NCBI GenBank assembly: GCA_964510925.1
Contig: CAZEDS010000001.1
Span: forward strand, 27,704-91,703
Length of the DNA: 64,000 nt
Reading direction: 5' to 3'
Source: an uncultured Candidatus Saccharibacteria bacterium
GTDB taxonomy: Bacteria; Patescibacteriota; WWE3; 2-01-FULL-39-13
Each line of letters opens with the position of its first letter. The stretch's first letter is position 1. Under the pieces are notes generated by a model that saw only the letters and a list, made by a program, of their open reading frames with translations, ran no database searches and was not told where the DNA came from. The translations under genes were made by a program, and so were the position numbers. Positions 30,496 to 39,999 of the stretch are shown here, piece after piece.

Positions 30496-30825
30496 TTAAA
30501 TAAATCTTAAGAAATAAATAACAATGGGGATATATACATAACTAGTTTCTTTGATTAAACGCACCCTAGAATTATTAATTGGATATCTTTTTTCAATAAA
30601 CGAAAAATAAAGAATAGGTTCTAGCCAAAACCAAACGAGTGAATAAAACACACTCATCAACATTACAAAAAAATGCCCAAAAGGAAAAATAACATAAAGC
30701 GGCAAAGATAAAATAAATCCAGCAGTTTCAAATTTGAAAACCTCCGCTAAATGCAAAAAAAGATACCAAATAGCAAAAACTTGTGGAGCACTAATAAGTG
30801 CGTATACAAAACCTTTAAAAAACAT
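30496..30825 (-). CDS. Small membrane protein
   Basis: Hydrophobic 109-aa ORF. Confidence 0.6.
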   Translation of the reverse strand: MFFKGFVYALISAPQVFAIWYLFLHLAEVFKFETAGFILSLPLYVIFPFGHFFVMLMSVFYSLVWFWLEPILYFSFIEKRYPINNSRVRLIKETSYVYIPIVIYFLRFI

Positions 30826-30830
30826 ACAAA

Positions 30831-31001
30831 TTATTTTTTTAAATTATCAGCTTGAGCTTTAGCAAAAAAATATCCAATCATAAAGCCAGTAGGCATCGAG
30901 ATAACGGCAGTTGCTTTAGCATCCAATGAAAATACTGACAAAGCACCAACTAAAAGCATTCCCAATACAATACTTATTTGCATTTTTGTTTGATTATTCA
31001 T
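30831..31001 (-). CDS. 56-aa two-helix membrane peptide
   Basis: MNNQTKMQISIVLGMLLVGALSVFSLDAKATAVISMPTGFMIGYFFAKAQADNLKK; TAAAAT box just upstream; stop 5 nt before next start. Confidence 0.65.
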   Translation of the reverse strand: MNNQTKMQISIVLGMLLVGALSVFSLDAKATAVISMPTGFMIGYFFAKAQADNLKK

Positions 31002-31055
31002 GTGACAATTTTAACAAAAAAGTAGTGAAGAGTGTTGAATGAAGTGTAGACCTGA

Positions 31056-31583
31056 CTATCTTGAAATATCAGCGAGTGAATCGTTCCTAAACTCTACCTC
31101 AACTAAATTTATAAATGCTGTTTTAAAAAACTTAGATCCGTTCAAATCAATTTCTTTATCGATTGGAAAATCGCTTGCTTTGAATTTATTCAAAAACGCA
31201 TCATAATCTTTTACTTCAAATGCTATGTGTTCAATACCTGGTTTTAACTTTCTTATATCTGCACCTGGCTTTGGTTCAAATATTTCAATTAGATCAATCT
31301 GTATATTTTTATATTTTAGAGGAGTATTTAATTTATAGATGTTATTACGCCGATTATGAATTAATCCTGCATGAATAATTTTACTGTAAGCAGATAAAAG
31401 TTTATCGATGGTATCAAATTCCTGTGTGGATAAAACTTGGACACCAAGATGATCTCCTTTAAAGATATTCTCTGAAAGGTCTATGCTAAATTTTTGAAGA
31501 AAATTTTCTACGAGAGGTAAATAAACGTTTGCAAAACTTTCTAAATCAGTATAGCTATTTAATGAAAAATATTGGTTTAACAT
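31056..31583 (-). CDS. VOC/YecM-like metalloprotein
   Basis: DHLG, I.NR, IEIFEP, G.EHIAF, VEF. Confidence 0.7.
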   Translation of the reverse strand: MLNQYFSLNSYTDLESFANVYLPLVENFLQKFSIDLSENIFKGDHLGVQVLSTQEFDTIDKLLSAYSKIIHAGLIHNRRNNIYKLNTPLKYKNIQIDLIEIFEPKPGADIRKLKPGIEHIAFEVKDYDAFLNKFKASDFPIDKEIDLNGSKFFKTAFINLVEVEFRNDSLADISR

Positions 31584-31608
31584 AAAAAAATTATATATCA
31601 ATTTTTTA

Positions 31609-31668
31609 TGGTGCACCCTAAAGAATACACTCAAATTTGTAACTTTTCGCTTTGCTCAAAGACAAATT
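31609..31668 (-). repeat. tRNA-linked element family 2, single copy
   Basis: Minus strand AATTTGTCTTTGAGCAAAGCGAAAAGTTACAAATTTGAGTGTATTCTTTAGGGTGCACCA aligns to 21372-21434. Confidence 0.8.
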
Positions 31669-31746
31669 TGGTGGGCAGACCTGGACTCGAACCAGGAACC
31701 TCCAAGGTATAAGCTTGGTGCTGCTAACCAGTTGAGCTATCTGCCC
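31669..31746 (-). tRNA. tRNA-Ile(TAT)
   Basis: GGGCAGATAGCTCAACTGG...CCAAG-CTTATAC-CTTGG...CTGCCCACCA. Confidence 0.9.
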
Positions 31747-31878
31747 TTAAAGAGAATTTCTAATCTTAAAGGTCTAGCATCGGGATTAATTGAAGGTGTA
31801 CCCAACTGAACCAAGCATGAGTATTCTATCATTATCATTGAATTTATTGAAGATTTTAAAGAAGTAACCAGAAGTACA

Positions 31879-32020
31879 ATTAAAGTTCACGTTAGTTTTG
31901 AAAATTTTTCTGAGGTTAGCTTGAGATTCCGTAGAGTAGCTCAAGCGTAGACTTTTGATTCTGCAAAGCAGAACAAAAGCCTAACCGAAGCAAATTTGAA
32001 AAACTAAAGCGAACTTTAAT
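31879..32020. repeat. Structured intergenic element family 1, copy B
   Basis: Outer IR attaaagttc/gaactttaat; core gcttgag-attccgtagagtag-ctcaagc-gta. Confidence 0.85.
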
Positions 32021-33110
32021 CTACAATCTCAATCTGCACACCACTTGCGGCCTTTCGCAGGATCATATTATTAAAATCTGAAGTTAATAAAATTTTGGAT
32101 AAGCCAGAATAGCTAAAATGAGCAGAAAACCACTCAACATATGCTGTCCAAGCTGGTTTTGATTTTGTACTTACAAAAACCCTCGCCAAAGCTATTCCAG
32201 CAGCTTTATCATCAGATGCCGAATACAATGCAGATTTCTCCAAATTAGGCAGATTACCTTCTGATAACTCAACCATTCGATCTAAAAATTCTTTTGAGCT
32301 TCCCACTAAAAAGTAATACTTATCATCTTTATACTTGATCAATTTAGTTGTCACCTTCGAATAATCATATACTGCACCCTTTGGCTTAACTTTTAATGCT
32401 TTATATTTGTCTAACAAAACAATTTTTTCATCCACAAATTTCTTATTTTTAGTAACAGTTATTAAACCCCAATTTTTAAGATCATCCTGAAAAATCATCG
32501 AAAACTTATTTTCAAAATAAACATCAATGTCATCATCCTTAAAATCAAATGATTTTTTAGCATCATCAACAATCTTTTTTTCTAAAAAGTTATTAATATA
32601 TTTACTTAAGCCAAAAAGCTCTATAAATAGATTTTCATCCGCACTAGCAAACTTTGCATAATTAATTGAATCTAAACTACCTTCTGATAACTTTGGATCA
32701 AAATCAATCGTTTTGATATTAGATTTAATCTCTACACTATTAAATTCACCTTTTTGTGCTGTTTTCGCACCCAATATTACTGGAGAGGTCCAAATTTTTG
32801 GAGTTTTATTCGCATACCAAAATCCGCCCGCTAAAATACCTATCCACAAAATTGATAAAAATATAAGAAAAAACACTTTTACCATGTTTCCTTTTTTTGT
32901 ACGCTGTTTTTTTGCGTTAGACGCAATACTATTATCAGCAGGTTGAAATAGACTTGTTATTGATGACATATTTGGATTTAGCAAACTACTGCTCTCAATT
33001 TTTTCATTTAGGGAATTCTTACGATCAATAATCCCGCAATTCAAACAATAGGAGCCCAACACCGGTTTCCCACACTTTATACAATTTATACCAGATTGAA
33101 ATTTCTCCAT
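32016..33110 (-). CDS. Hypothetical protein, N-terminal zinc ribbon plus TM
   Basis: CIKCG...CLNCG, one TM helix. Confidence 0.7.
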   Translation of the reverse strand: MEKFQSGINCIKCGKPVLGSYCLNCGIIDRKNSLNEKIESSSLLNPNMSSITSLFQPADNSIASNAKKQRTKKGNMVKVFFLIFLSILWIGILAGGFWYANKTPKIWTSPVILGAKTAQKGEFNSVEIKSNIKTIDFDPKLSEGSLDSINYAKFASADENLFIELFGLSKYINNFLEKKIVDDAKKSFDFKDDDIDVYFENKFSMIFQDDLKNWGLITVTKNKKFVDEKIVLLDKYKALKVKPKGAVYDYSKVTTKLIKYKDDKYYFLVGSSKEFLDRMVELSEGNLPNLEKSALYSASDDKAAGIALARVFVSTKSKPAWTAYVEWFSAHFSYSGLSKILLTSDFNNMILRKAASGVQIEIVD

Positions 33111-33146
33111 GAAGCTATTCTTTAACTTATTGCTAAAAAGGTCAAC

Positions 33147-33261
33147 CTATCGCTTTAGCAATAATTTGAAAAGCTAACAATTCTCGACAAAACCAATGAC
33201 TCAATTTAAAAATTTAAAGTCAATCTGCGAGACGCTTTTCAAATTATTCCCTCAGCGATAG
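33147..33261. other. Long branched inverted repeat downstream of pnp
   Basis: ctatcgct/agcgatag and aataatttgaaaagc/gcttttcaaattatt (15 bp perfect). Confidence 0.65.
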
Positions 33262-33268
33262 TAAAATT

Positions 33269-35401
33269 CTACCTATGGAATTCTTGACTTTGTTCAAGTG
33301 CTTTCTTAGAAACGCTAACTTTTCCATTTTCAACGCCAATGACTTTTACTTTAAAACGGTCACCCATTTTTACGTAATCATTAACATCTTTTACAAAAGT
33401 ATTTGCGAGTTCAGAAACATGCAACAAACCATCTTTTGTATGATTAAGTTTTACGAATGCACCATATGCTTCAATTCGATTTACTTCACCTTCGAAAATA
33501 TCGCCAACTTTTATGTCTTGAACAATAGATAAAACCCATTCTTCTGCAGCTGCAATGGCCTTAGGATCGATTGCACTGATAGAAACCATTGCTTTTCCTT
33601 CCATTTCGGTAATATCAAGCTCTGCACCGGTAGTTTCAACAATATCTTTAATCATAGAACCACCAGAACCAATAACCATACCAACCTTATCTGGATCAAT
33701 AAATACAACTTTAATCTTTGGAGCATATTGGCTAACTTCCGTTCTTGGTGCAGAAATTGCTGAATCCATGACATCCAAAACTTTTTGTCTAGCGATAAAT
33801 GATCTTTCAAAAATCACATCTAATAAATCCAAAGGAATTCCTTGTAGTTTTAATTCAAGTTGAATAGCGGTCATTCCTGCCCTTGTACCTGTCAACTTAA
33901 AGTCCATGTAACCAGCAAAATCTTCTTCACCGATAATATCTGTTAAAACAATAAAATCACCCAACGATGGATTTTCAATCGATTTATCAACAAACAAGCC
34001 AATTCCGATTCCTCCAACATGTGAAGAAATAGGAACTCCTGCATCCATCAAAGCTAAAGATGAACCACAAGCAGCCGCCATTGAAGTCGAACCATTTGAT
34101 GACAAAATTTCTGAAACAACCCTAATTGTATATGGGAAATCTTCTTCTTTTGGCAAAACAGCCAACAAGGCTTTTTCTGCTAAAACGCCGTGACCAATTG
34201 CTCTTCGATTTGCTCCACCAACATTACCTGTTTCACCAGTTGAATATGGAGGGAAATTATAATTGTGAATATAACGTTTTTCAGTATCGCCTTCCATTCC
34301 TTGTCCAATTTGTTTATATTGACCAGAAGCCAAAGTACAAAAGGTAAGTGATTGAGTTAGACCTCTTGTGAACAAACCTGTACCATGAACTCTTGGAATA
34401 TAATTTACAATGGCATCCAGATTTCTAATTGTTTCAAAATCTCGTCCATCAATACGCTTTTTATCTTTAACAACAAAATAACGGATTAATTCTTTATCAA
34501 TTTCATCCATCAAAATTCCTAATTGTGTCACAGAATATTTTTCTGCAAATTCAACTTTTAATTTTTCAATAATTGAAGATCTTAAAGCTTTCCATTCTGG
34601 GCTCTTGTAAACGACTCCAGAATTTAATGCACCATGCAATTCATCCCAAACTTTAGATTTAAATTCAGAAACACTATCTTTATTAATCCAAGATGGTTTA
34701 TAAGCTTTTACAGGAACATTTGCTTCAGCGGCAAAATCCTTTGCAATCTTAAAAATCGCAGGAATTACTTTTGAACCTTCTTTAATTGCGGCAACCACTT
34801 CTTTTTCAGGAACAATATGTCCATGAGCTTCAATTGCTTGAACCTTTGAACCATCGTCCAAATAAGAAACAATCATGTCTAAATCTTCACCAGCAGATTC
34901 ATGATGAAAACCAGATTTAACAACACCATTTGCTCTACTAATTCTAATTGCAGCAGCTGGACCCTTAAATGGCATTCCACTAACGCTAAAAGCTGCAGTA
35001 GCGGCTAAAAAAGCAACTAATGCTGGGTCATTTACTTTATCGATTGAAAAAACAGTCAAAACTAATTGCGTATCATTAACAAAATCTTTTGGAAACAATG
35101 GTCTCAAAGCATGGTCAATTAATCTGCCGCTAATAACTGCATCGTCATTTGGTTTTCCTTCTCGTCTTGAATAACGAGTACCACCAATAACTCCACCAGC
35201 ATAATAACGCTCTTCATAATCAATCTTTAAAGGAAAAAAATCCAAAGGCTCAGATGGTTCTTTTGAAACAACTGTTGCTAAAACACTAGTTTCGCCAACC
35301 GTTGCTAGAACTGCAGCATCAGATTGCATTGCAATCTCACCCATTTGTAACACTACTTTTTGACCGAAAAAATCGGCTTCATGCTTTATTTTTTTTAACA
35401 T
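33269..35401 (-). CDS. pnp: Polynucleotide phosphorylase
   Basis: RLIDH.LRPLFP, RIDGR, SNGSTSMA, MDFK..GT, KH and S1 domains. Confidence 0.98.
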   Translation of the reverse strand: MLKKIKHEADFFGQKVVLQMGEIAMQSDAAVLATVGETSVLATVVSKEPSEPLDFFPLKIDYEERYYAGGVIGGTRYSRREGKPNDDAVISGRLIDHALRPLFPKDFVNDTQLVLTVFSIDKVNDPALVAFLAATAAFSVSGMPFKGPAAAIRISRANGVVKSGFHHESAGEDLDMIVSYLDDGSKVQAIEAHGHIVPEKEVVAAIKEGSKVIPAIFKIAKDFAAEANVPVKAYKPSWINKDSVSEFKSKVWDELHGALNSGVVYKSPEWKALRSSIIEKLKVEFAEKYSVTQLGILMDEIDKELIRYFVVKDKKRIDGRDFETIRNLDAIVNYIPRVHGTGLFTRGLTQSLTFCTLASGQYKQIGQGMEGDTEKRYIHNYNFPPYSTGETGNVGGANRRAIGHGVLAEKALLAVLPKEEDFPYTIRVVSEILSSNGSTSMAAACGSSLALMDAGVPISSHVGGIGIGLFVDKSIENPSLGDFIVLTDIIGEEDFAGYMDFKLTGTRAGMTAIQLELKLQGIPLDLLDVIFERSFIARQKVLDVMDSAISAPRTEVSQYAPKIKVVFIDPDKVGMVIGSGGSMIKDIVETTGAELDITEMEGKAMVSISAIDPKAIAAAEEWVLSIVQDIKVGDIFEGEVNRIEAYGAFVKLNHTKDGLLHVSELANTFVKDVNDYVKMGDRFKVKVIGVENGKVSVSKKALEQSQEFHR

Positions 35402-35422
35402 TTTTTATTTTTGTGGAGAACG

Positions 35423-35523
35423 GAATCAAACCTGCGGATGTTGCTGCCCAAAATCAACTGGCAACTCGTAATCGAATAACTAGCGATAAAGTCGCCACAT
35501 ACTCAACTACGAATTAGCCGCGA
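35423..35523 (-). promoter_or_regulatory. Structured rpsO-pnp intergenic leader
   Basis: Minus strand tcgtagttgagta/tattcgattacga 13-bp G.U-rich stem, inner tggcga/tcgcta, closing gcgg/ccgc. Confidence 0.55.
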
Positions 35524-35531
35524 AAGATTAA

Positions 35532-35801
35532 TTACTCTCCAATTTTTAACTTTTTTACTAACTCTTCGTAAACCAAAACGTTTTTAGTCTTAAGATAATT
35601 TAGGAGCTTTCTTCGTTGATTAACAATTCTCAATAAGCCTCTTTTTGAAGCATTATCTTTTTTGTGTAACTTTAGGTGTCCTTGTAGATATGTGATTCTT
35701 TCTGAAAGTAATGCGACTTGCACATCAGCAGAACCGGTATCTATTTCGGATCTTTGAAACTTTTTTATTACTTTTTCTTTTGTCTTTTTTTCTAGTGCCA
35801 T
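35532..35801 (-). CDS. rpsO: 30S ribosomal protein S15
   Basis: DTGS..VQVALL..RI..L..HL..HKKD..S.RGL...V..RRKLL.YL. Confidence 0.97.
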   Translation of the reverse strand: MALEKKTKEKVIKKFQRSEIDTGSADVQVALLSERITYLQGHLKLHKKDNASKRGLLRIVNQRRKLLNYLKTKNVLVYEELVKKLKIGE

Positions 35802-35874
35802 AATTAAAACTTCAGTGATTTTAACAAGACTATTCACTTTACGCAATCAGATGAATTTTTTTGTGACGGAAAAC

Positions 35875-36534
35875 TCAATTATTAACTGCGGACTTCATTA
35901 GCCCAACCAACAAACTTTTGCTAACTTCGTTATCTGGGACATAATTCCATTCCGCAAATTTTGAAAAAAGCATAGCAGATAAGCTCTGTGCCTCACTATT
36001 AACTACATTAATTCGACCAAAATTTTGGTTATTCTTTGAATTATCAAAATTTATGATCGTAGCGTTATCAAATGTTTCGCGATTTTTAGCATATAAATCG
36101 CCTAATTCATTCAAATCTGAAGCTCCAATTACGATTATTAAATCATAATTAGGTCCAACAATAGCAAAACTTATTCGTCGTGTATCAAAATTGCGCTCAA
36201 CAGGCTTAATCTCCATTACAAGGCGTGAATTCTCTTCATCCCGTGCATGTGTTACTTTTTCAATAATCGTGTCTTTATAATCCAATGTAAGCTTTAAAGT
36301 CATTGGGTCCAATTCTTCCTTTATCTCGTACAAAGTTAACAATTCTGGATCAACATTCCCAAAATCACCGCTATATACCAATGTTGGAACTTTATTAAAA
36401 ACCTTTGTTATATATTTTGCTAAAGAAATACCACTAGCTAAAGAATCGCTTCCATTATTATGGCAAACGATCAACGGAGTGGTTGATTTCTCTAAAAAAT
36501 CCTTTATATAATCCTGCTTTTTATCTACTTGCAT
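35875..36534 (-). CDS. Degenerate DHH-family (NrnA-like) protein
   Basis: H...SDSLAS, DLIIVIG, INFDNS..N..FG.IN.V; DHH motif absent. Confidence 0.65.
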   Translation of the reverse strand: MQVDKKQDYIKDFLEKSTTPLIVCHNNGSDSLASGISLAKYITKVFNKVPTLVYSGDFGNVDPELLTLYEIKEELDPMTLKLTLDYKDTIIEKVTHARDEENSRLVMEIKPVERNFDTRRISFAIVGPNYDLIIVIGASDLNELGDLYAKNRETFDNATIINFDNSKNNQNFGRINVVNSEAQSLSAMLFSKFAEWNYVPDNEVSKSLLVGLMKSAVNN

Positions 36535-36613
36535 AATACTTTTGATTTGCCTTACTGGGAAATCCGACAAGTGTAGCAAATATTATAGGTCAATGCAAGA
36601 AATATAGAAAAGA

Positions 36614-38131
36614 TTAAAGGACAACAATAACATCATCAAGCTGTATATCAGTAATAGGGGGTTTAAACAAAAGCCCACATTCTTGGCCTTTTTTAGCAAC
36701 TTCTACTTCATTTTTGCCAATATGAATACTCCTAATTCTTGTTACATGAACAGGGTCTTTCATATTTCCGCCTCTAAAAATTCCAACACGTGCATTCAGC
36801 TTATATTTACCGGCCTCAACCATTGTACCAGCGATTACATCGCCAGATTTTGGCAAGGTAAAAGTCTGAATAACAAAACCTGTACCTTTTATTTTAGCTT
36901 CTTCTATTTCTAGAACGCCTTCAAGTGCACCTTCAATTTCTTCAATTACTTTATAAATAATGTCGTGTTCTCTAATAATTATTTTATGAGATTTAGCTAA
37001 ATCCATCATAGAATCAGCAACTTTTGTTCTAAAAGCAATAACAACAGCAGACGAAGTCGAAGCCAACAAAATATCAGACTCTTTAATATCACCGGTACCC
37101 GCAAACATAATGTCGACAACAGCTTCATCAACTTTTAGCTTTTTAAGTGAAGCAACCAATGCCTCTTGTGTTCCTTGGGTATCTGCACGAACAATAATGC
37201 TCAAGCGTTTTTTCTTTGCTTCTTCGCTATTATCCATGACCGCACTAGCACCAGAAACTGCCGTTTTTGCAGCGGCTTTGATATCTTCAATCGATTTTTC
37301 ACCCTTACGATAAATATTATCGCCAACTGCAGGTAAGCTTGAAAACCCAAGTATTTCTACAGCCAAACCTGGCTGAGCTTCAGTAATAGCTTTTGCCCAG
37401 GAATCAGTTAATAGCTTGATTTTGCCTTCAGCCGTAGGCGTCATGACTTCATCTTTAACTTTTAAAGTTCCGTTTTTAACAACAGCTGAAACAACAGTTC
37501 CTTTTTTTGAGTCGTGTTTTGCCTCAATAATAACTGCTTCAAGTGGTCCTTTTGGATCAGCTATAAATTTTTGTTCATCTAATTCTGCTACCAAAGTTAT
37601 TAAATCTAAAAGAGCATCAAGTCCTTGGCCTGTTTTAGCAGATAATTCAGCAACAGGAATATCTCCTCCATAACCTTCAACTAGAATTCCAGATTCAGAT
37701 AACTGTCTTTTAATTTTAGGAGTATCTGCACCTGGCAAATCAATCTTATTAACAGCAACAATAATTGGTACACCAGAAGCCTTGGCATGGGAAATCGCTT
37801 CTTTTGTCTGAGGCATTACACCATCATCTGCGGCAACAACCAAAATAACAATATCTGAAGCAGCTCCACCTCTAGCTCGCATTTGGCTAAAAGCTTCATG
37901 ACCAGGAGTGTCAATAAATGTTATGTTTTTGCCATTTCTTTCAATCGTATACGCACCAATATGTTGAGTTATTCCACCTGATTCTTTAAAAGTTATGCGA
38001 GATTTTCGAATTGCATCAAGAATTGAGGTCTTACCATGATCTACATGTCCCATAATCGTAACAATTGGGGCTCTTAAAAATTTTGCAGGTTCAACAGCTT
38101 TTGTTTTTTTTGCTTTTGACGTTTTTGCCAT
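36614..38131 (-). CDS. infB: Translation initiation factor IF-2 (short form)
   Basis: GHVDHGKT, GGITQHIGA, DTPGH, NKID. Confidence 0.98.
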   Translation of the reverse strand: MAKTSKAKKTKAVEPAKFLRAPIVTIMGHVDHGKTSILDAIRKSRITFKESGGITQHIGAYTIERNGKNITFIDTPGHEAFSQMRARGGAASDIVILVVAADDGVMPQTKEAISHAKASGVPIIVAVNKIDLPGADTPKIKRQLSESGILVEGYGGDIPVAELSAKTGQGLDALLDLITLVAELDEQKFIADPKGPLEAVIIEAKHDSKKGTVVSAVVKNGTLKVKDEVMTPTAEGKIKLLTDSWAKAITEAQPGLAVEILGFSSLPAVGDNIYRKGEKSIEDIKAAAKTAVSGASAVMDNSEEAKKKRLSIIVRADTQGTQEALVASLKKLKVDEAVVDIMFAGTGDIKESDILLASTSSAVVIAFRTKVADSMMDLAKSHKIIIREHDIIYKVIEEIEGALEGVLEIEEAKIKGTGFVIQTFTLPKSGDVIAGTMVEAGKYKLNARVGIFRGGNMKDPVHVTRIRSIHIGKNEVEVAKKGQECGLLFKPPITDIQLDDVIVVL

Positions 38132-38200
38132 AGAAATCCTATTTAATTAAAAACAAAGCGAGTTATCGAGGTACCAAACGTCTTGTATACAGGCTTAAAT

Positions 38201-39196
38201 TTAAGCAGAAACATCAGAAGAATTATCTTCTGGATTCTCTGTAAATGAAGTGTCTGATCCTTCTACTGTTATTTTCCATCCTGTTAATTTTGCTGCAAGT
38301 CTTGCATTTTGACCGCCATCACCAATTGCTAATGATTGTTGATCTGAAGAAACTCGAACAAGTGCACTCTTAGTTTCAGGATCCAATACAACATCAATAA
38401 CATGCGCAGGTGATAAAGCCGCAGCAATAAATCGATCTGGATCTGGGCTATAGTTTATAATGTCAATTTTTTCGCCATTCAATTCATCAGTAACAGCTTG
38501 AACTCGAACTCCTCTTTGACCAATACATGCGCCAGAAGGATCAATTTTGGGATCATTTGATGAAACGGCAACCTTTGTACGAGATCCAGCCTCTCTTGCG
38601 ATACTCTCAATCTTTACAGTACCTTTTTCCATTTCTGGAACTTCTTCTTTAAAAAGTGCGGTAATAAGCATTGGATCTTTTCTAGATACAATAACGGCAG
38701 AAGAAGCACCTTCGTTTTTAGTAACATCTTTAATCAAAACCTTATATTTCATGTTTACAGAGTAATCTTCTGAAGGAATTTGCTCTGAAAAAGGCATCGA
38801 ACCGTGTGTTTTTCCTAAATCCAAGACGACTTCATCTCGGTCTCTTCTAAAAATATATCCTTGAGTAATAGTACCGATTAAATCTCTATATTCAGAGGCA
38901 ATAGATTCTTTTTCGACTTCTCTAACCTTTTGCAAGATAACTTGTTTAGCTGTTTGTGAAGCTATTCGACCAAATCCGACTGGAGTTACATCTTTCTTTT
39001 CAAGATAAACACGAATTTCACCTGTCTCATCATCGATCTTTACGCTTAATTTTTCTTCATCTTCTTCAGAGATCTCATGATCTTTTTTATAGGCAGCAAT
39101 AACTGCCTCTTGTAAAGAAGCGATAACATCTTCTGGTTTGATGCTTCGTTCACTAGCTAATTGATTTAATGCTGCTCTAAATTCTGATATTGCCAT
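38201..39196 (-). CDS. nusA: Transcription factor NusA
   Basis: FGRIA.QTAKQVI.Q, AREAGSRTKVAV, GQNARLAAKLTGW. Confidence 0.98.
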   Translation of the reverse strand: MAISEFRAALNQLASERSIKPEDVIASLQEAVIAAYKKDHEISEEDEEKLSVKIDDETGEIRVYLEKKDVTPVGFGRIASQTAKQVILQKVREVEKESIASEYRDLIGTITQGYIFRRDRDEVVLDLGKTHGSMPFSEQIPSEDYSVNMKYKVLIKDVTKNEGASSAVIVSRKDPMLITALFKEEVPEMEKGTVKIESIAREAGSRTKVAVSSNDPKIDPSGACIGQRGVRVQAVTDELNGEKIDIINYSPDPDRFIAAALSPAHVIDVVLDPETKSALVRVSSDQQSLAIGDGGQNARLAAKLTGWKITVEGSDTSFTENPEDNSSDVSA

Positions 39197-39393
39197 ATTT
39201 TTATTGAATGATTGAACTAATACTGATGTAATTATATCTTAATTGGAATTATACCTTAATAAATGCGGTTTAATTCAATAAAGTGTGACTTTTAATAGTC
39301 AGTTCTCTCGAACTATAAAATATCAGAATACAGTCTTTTAGTAAAGGTTTGAGCAGTAATTACGAGCCAAAAATTGCCTGTTATAATAATTTT

Positions 39394-39987
39394 ATGGACT
39401 CATTCATAACAAAAAAATTCAGGTATTTATTTAAAAATATCAAAACAATAGATGAACTTATCGTGTTTGACCAAGAAAAAGATATAAAAAGTAATATATC
39501 TAGAAAATTTCTTAATTTTTTCACAGAACTTGGTAGCTCAATTCCAATTTTAGTAATAATTTTTATACTTTATTTTTTTCAAGGGAAATTAGTTTTGTGG
39601 GCAATATTACCAATTTATTTATTTCAACTTATAACTGTTGAAATTATAAAAAAGATATTTAACCGATCAAGACCAAAAACACACAAAAAAACTAGCCTTT
39701 TAGGATTTAATACATCAAGTGGATCGTTTCCTTCAGGGCATACCTCAAATATTTTTTGCCTTGCCTTTTTATTAACAAATCTTTATCAAACAAATATTGT
39801 AATAACAACTTTGCTTTATGCGATTGCTGCCAACATTGGCCTAAGCAGAATACTTTTAGGAAAACACTACTTGGTTGACGTTTTTGCCGGAGCAATTTTC
39901 GGCATTAGCCTTGCAGTAATGGGCGTCTATATTTGGATACTACTTTTTAAAAATTATCCTGAGTTATTCCCTAACTTATTTTTTTAA
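39394..39987 (+). CDS. PAP2 family phosphatase
   Basis: K..F.R.RP, SFPSGH, SRI.LG.HY..DV. Confidence 0.92.
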   Translation: MDSFITKKFRYLFKNIKTIDELIVFDQEKDIKSNISRKFLNFFTELGSSIPILVIIFILYFFQGKLVLWAILPIYLFQLITVEIIKKIFNRSRPKTHKKTSLLGFNTSSGSFPSGHTSNIFCLAFLLTNLYQTNIVITTLLYAIAANIGLSRILLGKHYLVDVFAGAIFGISLAVMGVYIWILLFKNYPELFPNLFF

Positions 39988-39999
39988 TAAGGAAAAACC

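Noticed and set aside
31608-31618. 11-bp match to the tRNA-Arg 3' end (21098-21108) as an att site bounding a 10-kb island
   Set aside because: The interval holds trpS, adk and tRNAs; the match is the terminal hairpin of the family-2 element
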